64,000 nucleotides of DNA from an uncultured Candidatus Actinomarina sp. (GCA_902593475.1 CACJIM010000002.1:2427-66426), one strand, 5' to 3'. Shown: positions 19,039 to 29,458, counted from the first letter of the stretch. The notes: generated by a model from the sequence alone, not told the origin. Translations and numbers: made by a program.

Positions 19039-20286
19039 TTGAGTACTAACCTAATAATCGCACTTATAGCAATTTGCTTGTTTTTCTCTGCTTTACTTTC
19101 AGGCTCAGAAACTGCAATAACCTATGTTCCTAGGGAAAAAATTCATCAACTGTCTGATTCAAAAAGAAATAATAAAATTAAAAAGGCTAAAGATGACTTA
19201 GAGCAAACAATTGGTGGAATTCTTGTTGCTAATAACTTTGTTAACATATTGATGGCTTCTTTATCTACAATTTTATTTGTTAATTTTCTAGATGGCGATG
19301 AAACTGCTGGGTCTGCATTATCAACTATAGTTATTACTCTTCTCGTATTAGTTGCAGGAGAGATTACTCCAAAAACTATTGCCTCTAGAAACCCAATTAA
19401 GTTTTTGTCAAGAACTGCTTTTATAATAGATTTTTTATCAAGAGTCTTTGCTCCTTTTACAAGCTTGATAACAAAATCTATTGACAGAACATCTAGAGAT
19501 GGAGATATGGATGGTGACGGTGAAATAACTGAAGCTGATATACAGGCACTAACTGCATTGGGTGAAATGGAGGGTCAGATATTACCTGCAGAAAGAGAGA
19601 TAATTGATTCATTGCTAGATTTTTCAGATCGTCCAATTAAAGAGATTATGACGCCGAGAGTTGATGTGTTGTTTTTATCACTTCCTATTGAAATAAAAGA
19701 TATAAAACAAATAGTAGATGAAAAAAGAATATCTAGAATGCCAGTGTCTAAGTCTGAATCATTAGATGACACATTTGGAATCGTATATGTAAAAGACCTG
19801 TTTAACTTGAAAGCAAGTTCTGACTCAGTAGAGGTAGAGAATTTAGTAAAAGATGTTATATATCTACCTGAGTACACAACAGTTTTATCCGCACTAAATA
19901 TCTTAAGAGAAAACAAAGCAAGCTTTGCTTGTGTTATTGATGAAAACGGTGGTATTGAGGGTGTCATAACAATTAAAGATGTCCTTTCAGAATTTGTCGG
20001 TGACCTACCTGATGAGCATGACCAAAGGTTCTTAGGGATTAGAAGAATAGGCCCTGGTCAATGGAGAGTAGATGGCAAAACAGACATTGATGATTTTGAA
20101 GAATTTTTTGGTTTAGAAGAAAGTGATAAAGATATCGCTACAGTTGGTGGATTGTTTTTAAGTCATTCCGAACAGCTTCCTGCAGAAGGTGAAAAAATAA
20201 CTATTGATGGTTTAGAAGTAACGGTAACTGAGCTAGACAACAGAAGAATAGAATCTTTTATTGTAAAAAAAATAGCAAAGAAATAA
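19039..20286 (+). CDS. Hemolysin/CNNM-type protein (DUF21, CBS pair, CorC_HlyC)
   Basis: SGSETA, GEITPKTIA, EIMTPR, SRMPV, DENGGIEGVITIKDVL, TVGGL. Confidence 0.9.
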   Translation: MSTNLIIALIAICLFFSALLSGSETAITYVPREKIHQLSDSKRNNKIKKAKDDLEQTIGGILVANNFVNILMASLSTILFVNFLDGDETAGSALSTIVITLLVLVAGEITPKTIASRNPIKFLSRTAFIIDFLSRVFAPFTSLITKSIDRTSRDGDMDGDGEITEADIQALTALGEMEGQILPAEREIIDSLLDFSDRPIKEIMTPRVDVLFLSLPIEIKDIKQIVDEKRISRMPVSKSESLDDTFGIVYVKDLFNLKASSDSVEVENLVKDVIYLPEYTTVLSALNILRENKASFACVIDENGGIEGVITIKDVLSEFVGDLPDEHDQRFLGIRRIGPGQWRVDGKTDIDDFEEFFGLEESDKDIATVGGLFLSHSEQLPAEGEKITIDGLEVTVTELDNRRIESFIVKKIAKK

Positions 20287-20313
20287 TTTAGGCAAATCAA
20301 CTAACATTATTCC

Positions 20314-20595
20314 ATGGAAGTAATTTACGCATTAGTCCCCTTACTTGGTGGTTGGCTTGTATACGGTTTAATTGCTTCATTATTTCTTAAAAGAGCAAGT
20401 AGTCGTGATTACTTACTCCTCATATCTTCGGGTTTAGTTGGTGGACTAATTGGTGGTTCTATTGGAAACAATATGGATATTCCACAAAATCTCTGGTGGA
20501 TGAGAGAAATTATCAAAATAGGCGTGACGATTGTTGCCATGTATACAATTCAAATTATTAGATTACAAATTTATAATTTTAGGAATAATACTTAA
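20314..20595 (+). CDS. Hypothetical small membrane protein
   Basis: Three hydrophobic Gly-rich segments (GLVGGLIGG). Confidence 0.6.
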   Translation: MEVIYALVPLLGGWLVYGLIASLFLKRASSRDYLLLISSGLVGGLIGGSIGNNMDIPQNLWWMREIIKIGVTIVAMYTIQIIRLQIYNFRNNT

Positions 20596-20870
20596 TTTTT
20601 AGGCACTCTTGCGGCTTTTAACAAATTGCCATTTTCATCTATTAGACCGCATCGTTTTGATAGTAATTTAGTATTAAAGGCAAACAAATTTTTTCTCCAT
20701 GTAGCAATATAGCCATACCCACCAACTTCATCTAGTTTGGATAATGCGCCATCTAATGTTGTAGTAGATTCTGCAATTACAACAGGAAGAGAGTCATACT
20801 CTGCATCCCACTTTTCTGAATCTGAAATTTTGTTTGATTGCAAGAGTACGTTTTTAAGCTCATCACTCAC
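20592..20870 (-). CDS. Hypothetical protein at the end of the PTS operon
   Basis: Start overlaps ptsH stop; 92 aa. Confidence 0.6.
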   Translation of the reverse strand: MSDELKNVLLQSNKISDSEKWDAEYDSLPVVIAESTTTLDGALSKLDEVGGYGYIATWRKNLFAFNTKLLSKRCGLIDENGNLLKAARVPKN

Positions 20871-21147
20871 TTTCGATCAAATCCTCAAACTTTGACATGT
20901 AAACCTCTTCATCGTTTCCGTCCAAAACAAGAGTAAATGGTTTATCTTTAGCAATACCCAAACTCAAAATACCAATCATACTCTTTCCGTCTTTTTCAAC
21001 TAACTCTTCTTCACCAGTTTCTTTATTTACTTTATTAAATTTAACTAAAACTGTTCCATCAAATTCTTGTGCTAATTTTACAAACAAACTTGCAGGCCTA
21101 GCATGTAATCCCACTTCATCTTTAACAGACAATATTTTTTCTATCAT
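20863..21147 (-). CDS. ptsH: PTS phosphocarrier HPr
   Basis: GLHARPAS (His15) and DGKSMIGILSLG (Ser46 motif); short insertion before DGKS. Confidence 0.95.
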   Translation of the reverse strand: MIEKILSVKDEVGLHARPASLFVKLAQEFDGTVLVKFNKVNKETGEEELVEKDGKSMIGILSLGIAKDKPFTLVLDGNDEEVYMSKFEDLIESE

Positions 21148-22221
21148 TTAATTTCCTAATGTTTGAATGTATTTATCACTATAATTATCAACTTTCCAAA
21201 ATTCATTATAAAAATGACTTTTATCAATTGATAGTTGACTCTTTTTAAATTCAGTAAATCCATCTACATCTTCAAAACTATTTTTAAAAACAATATCTAA
21301 TACTTCTTTAAATGTCTCTACCTGTTCATTTGCTGAGATTAAAAGTCGCAGTGGTCTTTCAAATCTTTCATCTTTTGAAAATTTAATCTCTGGGTTTCTA
21401 GCAATTCTTATCACCTCATCTTGAATTTCAGGTAATGAAAACCTATTTAATATAGTTTGTTTAAAATCATCTAAATCTTCAGTACTGTCCGAAAATAATC
21501 TATAGGCTTTTGAAAGCGAATCTATAGATTTCTTCGCAAACTCCAGTCCTTCCTGGTTATTCAAAATTTCATGAATGTATTTAATTTCTCTTGATAGACC
21601 AAAATATGCTAATTTTAAATGCAAGCCATTGAGCAACCATAGCTTTTTATAAAACTCGTGCTCATAATTTCTGTAAGATACAATTTTTGATTCATTTAAG
21701 GGTTGTATATCTTTGTTATCATCTAATACTATTGAGCCGTATTCTTCAACTATTACATCTAATGAAGTTGTGTTTTGTGGTGGGACAATTTTATCAACCA
21801 CAGCATCAATTAATACAAGTTTACTTGGACTCTTTTCATTTGAATTACTAGTTGATGCCCTGTACATATTTTCAAAAGCAATAAATGATTGTGTTTTTTC
21901 AGTTTTTACATCAGATACCAAATCAAAAATATCTTTTACAAACTTCGGTCCAACTGATGTAGTGATCAAATCAGCTTGTGCTATTTTCTCATAAAGAGGG
22001 GCTTTATCTTCTAAATGTAAACCACTAATATTTTCTATTAATAAATCTGTAGATGAATTTAAACTAATAGAGCTAACTTTATATTCTTTTAGTAAATTTA
22101 TTTGTTCAATCAGTTGTTTGTTTACATCGACAAATATAACTTCATAATTATTGTCTTGAAGAACAGGAGCAATAAAACCTCTCCCTATATTTCCAGCACC
22201 AAAATGAATGGCTAATTTCAT
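21148..22221 (-). CDS. mtlD: Mannitol-1-phosphate 5-dehydrogenase
   Basis: AIHFGAGNIGRGFI, IAFENM, AVVDKIVP, KLWLLNGLH, RIARNPEIK. Confidence 0.9.
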   Translation of the reverse strand: MKLAIHFGAGNIGRGFIAPVLQDNNYEVIFVDVNKQLIEQINLLKEYKVSSISLNSSTDLLIENISGLHLEDKAPLYEKIAQADLITTSVGPKFVKDIFDLVSDVKTEKTQSFIAFENMYRASTSNSNEKSPSKLVLIDAVVDKIVPPQNTTSLDVIVEEYGSIVLDDNKDIQPLNESKIVSYRNYEHEFYKKLWLLNGLHLKLAYFGLSREIKYIHEILNNQEGLEFAKKSIDSLSKAYRLFSDSTEDLDDFKQTILNRFSLPEIQDEVIRIARNPEIKFSKDERFERPLRLLISANEQVETFKEVLDIVFKNSFEDVDGFTEFKKSQLSIDKSHFYNEFWKVDNYSDKYIQTLGN

Positions 22222-22661
22222 AGATTTTCAGATAAAAGATCGAATATCTTGTCTACTGAGGTCTCACTCCAAAGTTTTTTTGCTTCTCCTGGGTCTTCTA
22301 TTGCATCTGCTAATGAAGCCAAAACATTCATATGATCATCTGAATTAGCAGCAATTCCAACCACAATATAAGCCCTTTCTTCATTCCACTCAACACCATC
22401 TGGAACCTGAATTATTGAAATTCCCGTATTCTTAACATATTTAGAGCCCTCAGCCATACCATGTGGTATTGCGACACCGTTTCCTATGTATGTTGCAAAT
22501 GATTGAGTCTCAAGTTTTTCAAGCATTGAGTCTATATACTCTTGCTCAACATAGCCATTTTCAAATAGTATGTTTCCAGCAGCTACCGTTGCCTGTTTAT
22601 TATCTGTAAATGACTTTTTTGTTTGTATTGATTCTTTTATCAATACGTTTTTTTGACTCAT
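22218..22661 (-). CDS. mtlF: PTS mannitol-type EIIA
   Basis: ATYIGNGVAIPHG, VVGIAA..DDHMNVL. Confidence 0.9.
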   Translation of the reverse strand: MSQKNVLIKESIQTKKSFTDNKQATVAAGNILFENGYVEQEYIDSMLEKLETQSFATYIGNGVAIPHGMAEGSKYVKNTGISIIQVPDGVEWNEERAYIVVGIAANSDDHMNVLASLADAIEDPGEAKKLWSETSVDKIFDLLSENL

Positions 22662-22978
22662 GAAGAGGTTATCTCATTATCCTCAGACAGATCTGTAATT
22701 AGTTTTTTTAAGTTTGGATCATTCATAAACATAGTAAATTGAATTAAAACTGAACCTTCCGGGGCTGCATTCCTAGCTGCACCAGCTAGTCCAGTATGAC
22801 AAACTACTACGTCTGCATCATCAGGTATTTGAGTTGCAGGTGCGTGAACAATTTCAACATCCAGTCCAGCTTTTTTTGCTTTTTTAATTAGGCCATTTTT
22901 AACCATAAGACTTGATCCTGCTCCAGCTTCACATGCAAGACAAATCTTTTTTACTTCTGATCCTCGTATTGAGCTCAT
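22658..22978 (-). CDS. PTS mannitol/lactose-type EIIB (separate polypeptide)
   Basis: ICLACEAGAGSSLM phosphorylation loop; start MSSIR at 22978 with SD GGAGGA (ORF track 23026). Confidence 0.9.
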   Translation of the reverse strand: MSSIRGSEVKKICLACEAGAGSSLMVKNGLIKKAKKAGLDVEIVHAPATQIPDDADVVVCHTGLAGAARNAAPEGSVLIQFTMFMNDPNLKKLITDLSEDNEITSS

Positions 22979-23046
22979 ATATTCCTCCAAAAAAAATTGA
23001 CTTGGGAGTATTACCTCCCAAGTCAATTATAACTTAATAGTTTTAG

Positions 23047-24108
23047 TTAGACAGTTGGTATATTACTCTCAATGACAGTATCTACACCTGCGTCTGTTTC
23101 CTTAATTGGACGTGCTTTAAGCAAGAGAACACCAACTACTGCCGATGCTGCTGTTGCTATAGCTACCCCACCTAATACTGGGAACGCCCCACCTCTTGGA
23201 AGCATAGCAATGTATGCAAAAATACTTCCTGGCGAAGGAGGTCCAACTAGACCAGCTCCAGTTGCTACGAACCAGAGGTCAGCTGAAATTCCACCTGCCC
23301 ACATAGCGATGATCATAATTGGATGACCAAGGACATATGGGAAATAGATTTCGTGGATTCCTCCAAAGAAATGAATAATGATTGAGCCAGGTGCGGATTC
23401 TTTCCACATACCAGTTCCAGCAAACCAATAAGCAAGAAGCAATCCAAGTCCAGGACCTGGGTTTGTTTCAAGCAAGAAATAAATTGATTGGCCAGCTTCT
23501 GCTGACTCTGCTGCACCTAGAGGTGTAAGTACACCCTGGTTAACAGCATTATTCAAGAACAATACTTTCGCAACCTCGATAGGAATGTCTGCAAGTGGAA
23601 CTAAACCACTGTCAACAAGTGCTGCTGCACCATTTCCTAATGCTTCTGTGATTGCATCAAGTACTGGACTGATAACATTATAAGCTAGAACAGATAGACC
23701 CCAACCTAAAATACCAAGAGAGAAGTTATCATATAACATCTCAAAGCCTTCAGGAATGCTGTCTTGTAATCTGTCGTCAACTTGTTTCATTACCCAAGCT
23801 GCTGCTGGTCCCATGACCATAGCGCCTAGGAACTGAGGTGAAGATGTAGCAACAATAATCGCTGTTGTTACAATCGCACCAATTACACCACCTCTATGAC
23901 CGTGTACCATCTTTCCACCTGTGTAACCTAACAAAAGTGGAAGGAGGGTTAGAATCATAGGTCCAACCATGGATGACAAATCTTCATTTGGCGTCCAACC
24001 AGTTGGAATATAGAGTGCTGTAATCAAACCCCAAGCGATGAATGCGCCGATGTTAGGAATAACCATTCCTGACATAGCACCGCCAACGCGTTGTATGGAT
24101 TCTTTCAT
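23047..24108 (-). CDS. mtlA: PTS mannitol EIIC
   Basis: MVIPNIGAFIAWGLITAL, FLNNAVNQG, LLETNPGPGLG, HFFGGIHEIYFPYVL. Confidence 0.95.
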   Translation of the reverse strand: MKESIQRVGGAMSGMVIPNIGAFIAWGLITALYIPTGWTPNEDLSSMVGPMILTLLPLLLGYTGGKMVHGHRGGVIGAIVTTAIIVATSSPQFLGAMVMGPAAAWVMKQVDDRLQDSIPEGFEMLYDNFSLGILGWGLSVLAYNVISPVLDAITEALGNGAAALVDSGLVPLADIPIEVAKVLFLNNAVNQGVLTPLGAAESAEAGQSIYFLLETNPGPGLGLLLAYWFAGTGMWKESAPGSIIIHFFGGIHEIYFPYVLGHPIMIIAMWAGGISADLWFVATGAGLVGPPSPGSIFAYIAMLPRGGAFPVLGGVAIATAASAVVGVLLLKARPIKETDAGVDTVIESNIPTV

Positions 24109-24307
24109 ATTTACAATCCCCCTAACGATTGATTTTTATATTGATTAATTTATAAAATAATCACTTATAATTATATGAAAATTTATCGTAGGATTCAGCA
24201 AAAAAACCGAAAATTTTACATTTCGTGTAACTCTAAATCAGGACTTAGGTCTCATTATCCCTAATACTTTGTATAATTGTGAAATATTTAACAAAAAGTG
24301 AGGAAAA

Positions 24308-24901
24308 ATGGACGTAGAATCAACAATGTTGCCATTAGGTACTAAATTGCCTGAGTTCAACCTAAAGGGAATAGATGAAAAATATTATAAAAATAGCGAT
24401 TTTTCTGAAAATAATGGTCTTTTGGTAATGTTTATCTGTAATCATTGTCCTTTTGTAAAGCACATCAACACAGGATTAGTTAAATTTACTAATGATCTAA
24501 TGTCTAAAAATATTGGTGTTATTGGTGTGAATTCAAACGATAGCTCGCAGGAAAAATATGCTGAAGATAGCATTGAAAAGATGAAAGAATATGCAGCTGA
24601 TTTAGGATATCAGTTTCCTTATGTGGTTGATGAAGACCAAACAGTTGCTAAAAATTTTACTGCTCAATGCACACCAGATTTTTTCTTCTTTAATAGTGAT
24701 TCAGAACTTATTTACAGAGGACAGTTCGATTTCTCTAGGCCTGGCAATGATAAACCAGTAACTGGGGAAAGTTTGGCTCAAGCAATTGATGTTTACCTAA
24801 ACTCTAATGAAACTATTTCTCCGCAATACCCAAGTATGGGATGTAATATCAAGTGGAAAATAGATGAGGAGCCTGATTACTTCTTAGAAGTTAAGGGTTA
24901 A
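24308..24901 (+). CDS. Thioredoxin-family (AhpC/TSA redoxin-like) protein
   Basis: STMLPLG, VMFICNHCPFV, AQCTPDFF, YRGQFD, SMGCNIKW. Confidence 0.9.
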   Translation: MDVESTMLPLGTKLPEFNLKGIDEKYYKNSDFSENNGLLVMFICNHCPFVKHINTGLVKFTNDLMSKNIGVIGVNSNDSSQEKYAEDSIEKMKEYAADLGYQFPYVVDEDQTVAKNFTAQCTPDFFFFNSDSELIYRGQFDFSRPGNDKPVTGESLAQAIDVYLNSNETISPQYPSMGCNIKWKIDEEPDYFLEVKG

Positions 24902-25431
24902 TTTAAATCCTGAGTCTGAACAAAAAGTCTTCTGGAGCGAGCGCAGTCTAACTCTACAAAGAAAAGTCTCTGCCATCTTCCAATAATTAATTCAGAATTA
25001 ATAATTGGTAAAGTGACACCAGTAGATCCAATTATTGTACCTCTAACATGTGACCTACCATTTACGTTTTCATCCTCTTGCATATTTTCTGTTCTTAAAT
25101 CCCAATCATCATGTTCATAATAAGAATCAGATGGTACAAGTTCTTCAATCTTTTTCTTAAAGTCATTGATGTATCCTGTTTCGGATTCATTAATTACAAC
25201 TGCAGTAGTTGTATGAGGTGTGAAAAGTGTTACAGAACCATGCTTAATATTACTTTTAGCAACAATTTCTAAAACAGCTTCAGTGAAATCACAAAATTGA
25301 TTAGTTTCTTCAGTATCAAAATGTAGTGCTAAAGTAGATGACTTGTTGCTTTCTGATTTATAGAGATTGACTAACTCAAAATCGAGTTCTTGAGCTCCAA
25401 TTCTTTGTTTGTTATTTTTCATCAGTATCAA
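24898..25431 (-). CDS. yjbQ: YjbQ/UPF0047 family (secondary thiamine-phosphate synthase)
   Basis: PHTTTAVVINE, YYEHD, NGRSH, GRWQRLFFVELD. Confidence 0.88.
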   Translation of the reverse strand: MILMKNNKQRIGAQELDFELVNLYKSESNKSSTLALHFDTEETNQFCDFTEAVLEIVAKSNIKHGSVTLFTPHTTTAVVINESETGYINDFKKKIEELVPSDSYYEHDDWDLRTENMQEDENVNGRSHVRGTIIGSTGVTLPIINSELIIGRWQRLFFVELDCARSRRLFVQTQDLN

Positions 25432-25455
25432 ACTTCATAATAACTCTTTGTGAAA

Positions 25456-26685
25456 TTAATCACTATCTAATATTTGATTTTGATAGTTCCAATATTCACA
25501 TAGTTCATTATCTTGTGCATCCACTTCATCAATTGCTATTGGGTTTCCTTTTGCTATAGCTTTAGTGACAACATTGTCTTCTGCAATTCCGATTGGGAGA
25601 AGGCCAATTGATGATGATATCTTCTGCGCCTTTCCATATATATAATCTCCCCCAATTGAACCAAGGTTTGTGCCTGGTTCAATGTCTTGTTTAGCATAGG
25701 CAACAACTTCAACGTTCCAACTTTGTGCACTCAACTTGGAATACTTTTCCAACATAATGTGTCTTATTGTTCTTGGTATTTCAAGGCTTGTTAAATGATA
25801 GGGTCTGGCTAAAGTCCAATAGGGACCTTTGCCCATTTTTAGATACTCCATTTCATAATTTACATAATCATCCTCGGAATAGATTACTGCAAAAACACCT
25901 GGAGCAATTCCAAAAGCAAAATCAACGACTTGTGATTCGTCAAGTAAGCCTCCGTCTTTTTTGGGGATGTAGTACTGATTTATATTTTCATATGTCGCCT
26001 CTATACCATGCATGCCATCAATATCTATATTGAAATCCAGAAAATTAGCGAGTGCAGTCATCTCAACCATCGTTTTAGTTCCATCAACAAAACTGGTTAA
26101 CATTTTTGGATTCATTTTTTTTAAAGATGCTTCTTTTGTTAACGAACTCGGAGTAGCGAATGTATCAAATGGGTTATTTTTGCCTTTTCCAATTGATATA
26201 ACGTCAAAAGACAGCTCTCTAGCAAAGTTATATAGATCGAGAGCAGCTACAGGTTCATCGCCATCAGCAACTGTCACTATTGCATTATTTTTTTCTGCTT
26301 CTTTTCTTAAAGCTAAGCCGATAGTTGCCTCCGTTTCCACATTTAATAAAATTAAATTAATACCTCGATTTAAGACATTTTTAGCAACAATAGCCCCTGC
26401 AGCAGGTGTGCCTGTTGCTTCAATTACAATGTCAAGTTCAACATTATCCAGAGCTGTAATACTGTCAGAACAAAGAAGCTCATTTTCTTTGTGTTTTTTA
26501 TACCTATTCGAAGCTATATCGAGTTGTTTTTGATTTCTGTCAATAATGCATACAAGATCTACCCCATGCATTTTTGATACTTGAGCTACAATTCCCTGTC
26601 CCATTTGGCCTGCTCCAACAAGCCCTACTTTTACGTTTTCATTTCGATCTTTTACAAAATTTTTAAATTTATCCAGTTGGTTCAT
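25456..26685 (-). CDS. NAD(P)-dependent oxidoreductase with C-terminal SAF domain (COG4091-like)
   Basis: VGLVGAGQMG, EATG, GDEP, GKGKNNP, NPKMLTSFVDGTKTMVEM, RPYHL, AKQDIEPG..L...G. Confidence 0.85.
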   Translation of the reverse strand: MNQLDKFKNFVKDRNENVKVGLVGAGQMGQGIVAQVSKMHGVDLVCIIDRNQKQLDIASNRYKKHKENELLCSDSITALDNVELDIVIEATGTPAAGAIVAKNVLNRGINLILLNVETEATIGLALRKEAEKNNAIVTVADGDEPVAALDLYNFARELSFDVISIGKGKNNPFDTFATPSSLTKEASLKKMNPKMLTSFVDGTKTMVEMTALANFLDFNIDIDGMHGIEATYENINQYYIPKKDGGLLDESQVVDFAFGIAPGVFAVIYSEDDYVNYEMEYLKMGKGPYWTLARPYHLTSLEIPRTIRHIMLEKYSKLSAQSWNVEVVAYAKQDIEPGTNLGSIGGDYIYGKAQKISSSIGLLPIGIAEDNVVTKAIAKGNPIAIDEVDAQDNELCEYWNYQNQILDSD

Positions 26686-26687
26686 AT

Positions 26688-27356
26688 TTAAATTATGGCT
26701 TTCTCGAAATTTTCTAAATCACTTTTATAAGTAATTTTTAAGTTACTCTCTTCGCCTCTAATTACTTGAGTTTCATACTTGTTAAAGTTGAACATGCTTT
26801 CTGTTGTGTCAACCATACCAGTAATATTATTTTTTGAAAGATATGAATAACACTCGAACAATTCTTTATATTTATAAACTTGGGGTGTCTGGATGTCTAC
26901 AATTTTTTTATTAGTAACAATTTCATCATTTTCTATATCATAAAATTTGTTGTTGTCTAAATAAGGCGCTGCAGATCCCTGTTCTTTGGCTGTATTAACC
27001 AAGCTTGTTAAAAGCTCTGAAGACATAAAAGAACGAGCGGCATCATGTATTACAATTAAACAATTTTCTGTAGCTTTATCTTGTAAATACTGGAGTGCAC
27101 AATACTCACTTTCCTGTCTAGAATTTCCACCGAGTATGATAGAAACACTTTGATGTTCAGTTAAAAGTTTTTCTAATGCTGACTTATTTGACTTTGAAGA
27201 AACTATCAATACTTCATCAATCACATTATTGTCTAAAAAAGTTTCAACAGGATATAAGACAAGCTCTTTGTCATTTACTTTATAAAAAAGCTTGTTTACA
27301 TTCGCATCAAAGCGAGTGCTGTCTCCTGCTGCAAGTATTACGCCATAAGTTTTCAA
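26688..27356 (-). CDS. IspD/TarI-family cytidylyltransferase
   Basis: ILAAGDSTRF...KLF, GGNSRQES, IHDAARSF, IQTPQ, NLKITYKSDL. Confidence 0.88.
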   Translation of the reverse strand: MKTYGVILAAGDSTRFDANVNKLFYKVNDKELVLYPVETFLDNNVIDEVLIVSSKSNKSALEKLLTEHQSVSIILGGNSRQESEYCALQYLQDKATENCLIVIHDAARSFMSSELLTSLVNTAKEQGSAAPYLDNNKFYDIENDEIVTNKKIVDIQTPQVYKYKELFECYSYLSKNNITGMVDTTESMFNFNKYETQVIRGEESNLKITYKSDLENFEKAII

Positions 27357-27363
27357 TATAAAA

Positions 27364-28983
27364 CTATATTATGAACTTTCGTACACTTTGTGAATTTTTT
27401 TGAGATAGTATTTCTTCTATATTTATATTTTTCAAATCTTCTTTAGCTTTGAGCAAGGATAAAACTATTGCTGGAGCTTGTGATGGAGCTAGGCTAAATA
27501 TTCTTAATCCCAAAAGATAAAGCAGGTAAGCCCCTTCTGTATCAGAGGCCATATCACCACAGACTGATACTTCAATATCATTTTGGTTAGCAGTATTGAT
27601 TATGTTGTGTAATAGCTTTAAAAAAGAAGGGTTTAGTGCATCATGATATTTGTTTAAAGATGTGATACCTCTATCAGCAGCGAATGAATACTGGAGTAAA
27701 TCATTAGTTCCAATTGAGAAAAAATCCACCTCATCGATATATATTTCCGGGGATATAGCAACTGATGGTGTTTCTACCATAATCCCTATTTTGGGAATTT
27801 CAGCTCCTAATTTGTCTGCTACAGAAACTACCACTTCTTTTGCTTCTTGAAAATCTTCGAGAGTTGCAACCATTGGAAACATTATTTTTACTTTTCCACT
27901 AATATTCGAATTCAGAATTGAACTGATTTGAGTTTCAAAAAGTTGTCTGTTTTCTAAAGTAAGCCTAACCCCTCTTACTCCTAAAAATGGATTCTCTTCT
28001 TGGGGAAGATTTAAGTAATCAACTTGTTTGTCTCCACCTATATCTAATGTTCTATAAACAATAGTTTCCTCAAACTTATCATTAAGTAGGTTATTTGAAT
28101 TGATTAAGCTATCTAATTCAGGTTCTTTTGAATTTTCTATATAAAGAAATTCGGAACGAAACAAACCTACTGATTTAATTATTGAATCGTTAAAACTTTT
28201 AATCTCGTCCGTTGAGCCAATGTTTGCCCTAAGTTCAACGCCTAATTTGTTCAAGTTTTCTTCTGTGTAGTTTTCAAGCTGTTTAGTTGTGGTTGCTTTA
28301 TACTCTTCAACAATTTTTAATGAGCTTTCATCAGGATTAATTGTTAATTCCCCAGTTGAACCATTGATAATAACTTCTTTAGTATTATCTATATCAAAGT
28401 CAGCGATACTAATCCCTAAAATACATGGAATGCCGTAATTTTTTGCCACAATTACAGCGTGAGAAGTTGGACCACCTTCTTTTACAACAAACCCTTTAAC
28501 AAGATTTAAATTCATCGATGATGTTTCATTTGGTGTTAGCTCGTTTGCAAAGATAACTTGAGGAACATCTGCATCAAACTTAATAGATATATCTTGGAGG
28601 GTAAATATTAATTCTTTCCCAATTGCTTCAATATCCTCAGATCTTTGCTGAAAATACTCATCATCCATTTGTTTAAATACTTCAGATTGTTCCAAAAATA
28701 CTTCATAAATTTCCTCTAAGTTTGTTTCATTTAATTCGGATAAACTATTTATTAATTCGGGATCATTAAGAATTAAAATATATGCTTCTAAAACTTCCGC
28801 TTCTATTTCTCGAGATGATGAATTATATTTCTCAATAATACTTTTATATTTTTCAGTTAATTCTTTTATTCCTTCATCAAGTGAGATAGTTGCTGCAATA
28901 GAAAAATCCAGCGTTCGTTCTATATTTATTGGCTTTCCAGCATTAACTCCAGGCGACACTCCAGTACCTTGTAAAACTCTCAT
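27364..28983 (-). CDS. ptsI: PTS Enzyme I
   Basis: GGPTSHAVI (phospho-His), GLFRSEFL, RTLDIGGDK, EENPFLGVRG, MVETP, FFSIGTNDL, VCGDMAS. Confidence 0.96.
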   Translation of the reverse strand: MRVLQGTGVSPGVNAGKPINIERTLDFSIAATISLDEGIKELTEKYKSIIEKYNSSSREIEAEVLEAYILILNDPELINSLSELNETNLEEIYEVFLEQSEVFKQMDDEYFQQRSEDIEAIGKELIFTLQDISIKFDADVPQVIFANELTPNETSSMNLNLVKGFVVKEGGPTSHAVIVAKNYGIPCILGISIADFDIDNTKEVIINGSTGELTINPDESSLKIVEEYKATTTKQLENYTEENLNKLGVELRANIGSTDEIKSFNDSIIKSVGLFRSEFLYIENSKEPELDSLINSNNLLNDKFEETIVYRTLDIGGDKQVDYLNLPQEENPFLGVRGVRLTLENRQLFETQISSILNSNISGKVKIMFPMVATLEDFQEAKEVVVSVADKLGAEIPKIGIMVETPSVAISPEIYIDEVDFFSIGTNDLLQYSFAADRGITSLNKYHDALNPSFLKLLHNIINTANQNDIEVSVCGDMASDTEGAYLLYLLGLRIFSLAPSQAPAIVLSLLKAKEDLKNINIEEILSQKNSQSVRKFII

Positions 28984-29053
28984 AGAATAAAGTTAGTTAA
29001 TTAATTAATTATTGCAATAGTTGTAATTTTAATAATTAATTAATGTTCAAAAT

Positions 29054-29458
29054 ATGGAATATAATTTTTTATTACTTAAAGACAACAATTTGTCTATTCA
29101 AAAAAATAAAACCTTTTTGCAATTAACCCAAGAAAATATAGATGACCTCAAAGCAGCTTACTCACTAATATCAATCAATGAAATTAAAGGCAATAACCAT
29201 CTTTCCCCAAAAGTGATAGAACTTCTCAAAGATAATGAAGTTGTAATAAATTTTGAAAAAGTATCTAGCGCATTGAAAGAATTGGAGAGCAATAAAATCA
29301 TAGCTCATTTAAGTCGTGAAAATTTTAGAAAAATTTCTTTTCCAATTTTTGTTCAGTCTGAATATTTAAAAAGTTATTTAATAAATTCTGGTCTACAATT
29401 TGAACTCAGTTTATTTTTAGAGAATTCTAATTTTCTAAAGGTTGAACTTGATTCTTAG
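29054..29458 (+). CDS. Hypothetical protein
   Basis: 134-aa ORF filling the gap; no recognised motif. Confidence 0.5.
   Translation: MEYNFLLLKDNNLSIQKNKTFLQLTQENIDDLKAAYSLISINEIKGNNHLSPKVIELLKDNEVVINFEKVSSALKELESNKIIAHLSRENFRKISFPIFVQSEYLKSYLINSGLQFELSLFLENSNFLKVELDS

Noticed and set aside
24110-24307. Imperfect inverted repeats and a 29-codon ORF upstream of mtlA
   Set aside because: Short, AT-only or imperfect, and expected by chance; no supporting regulator.
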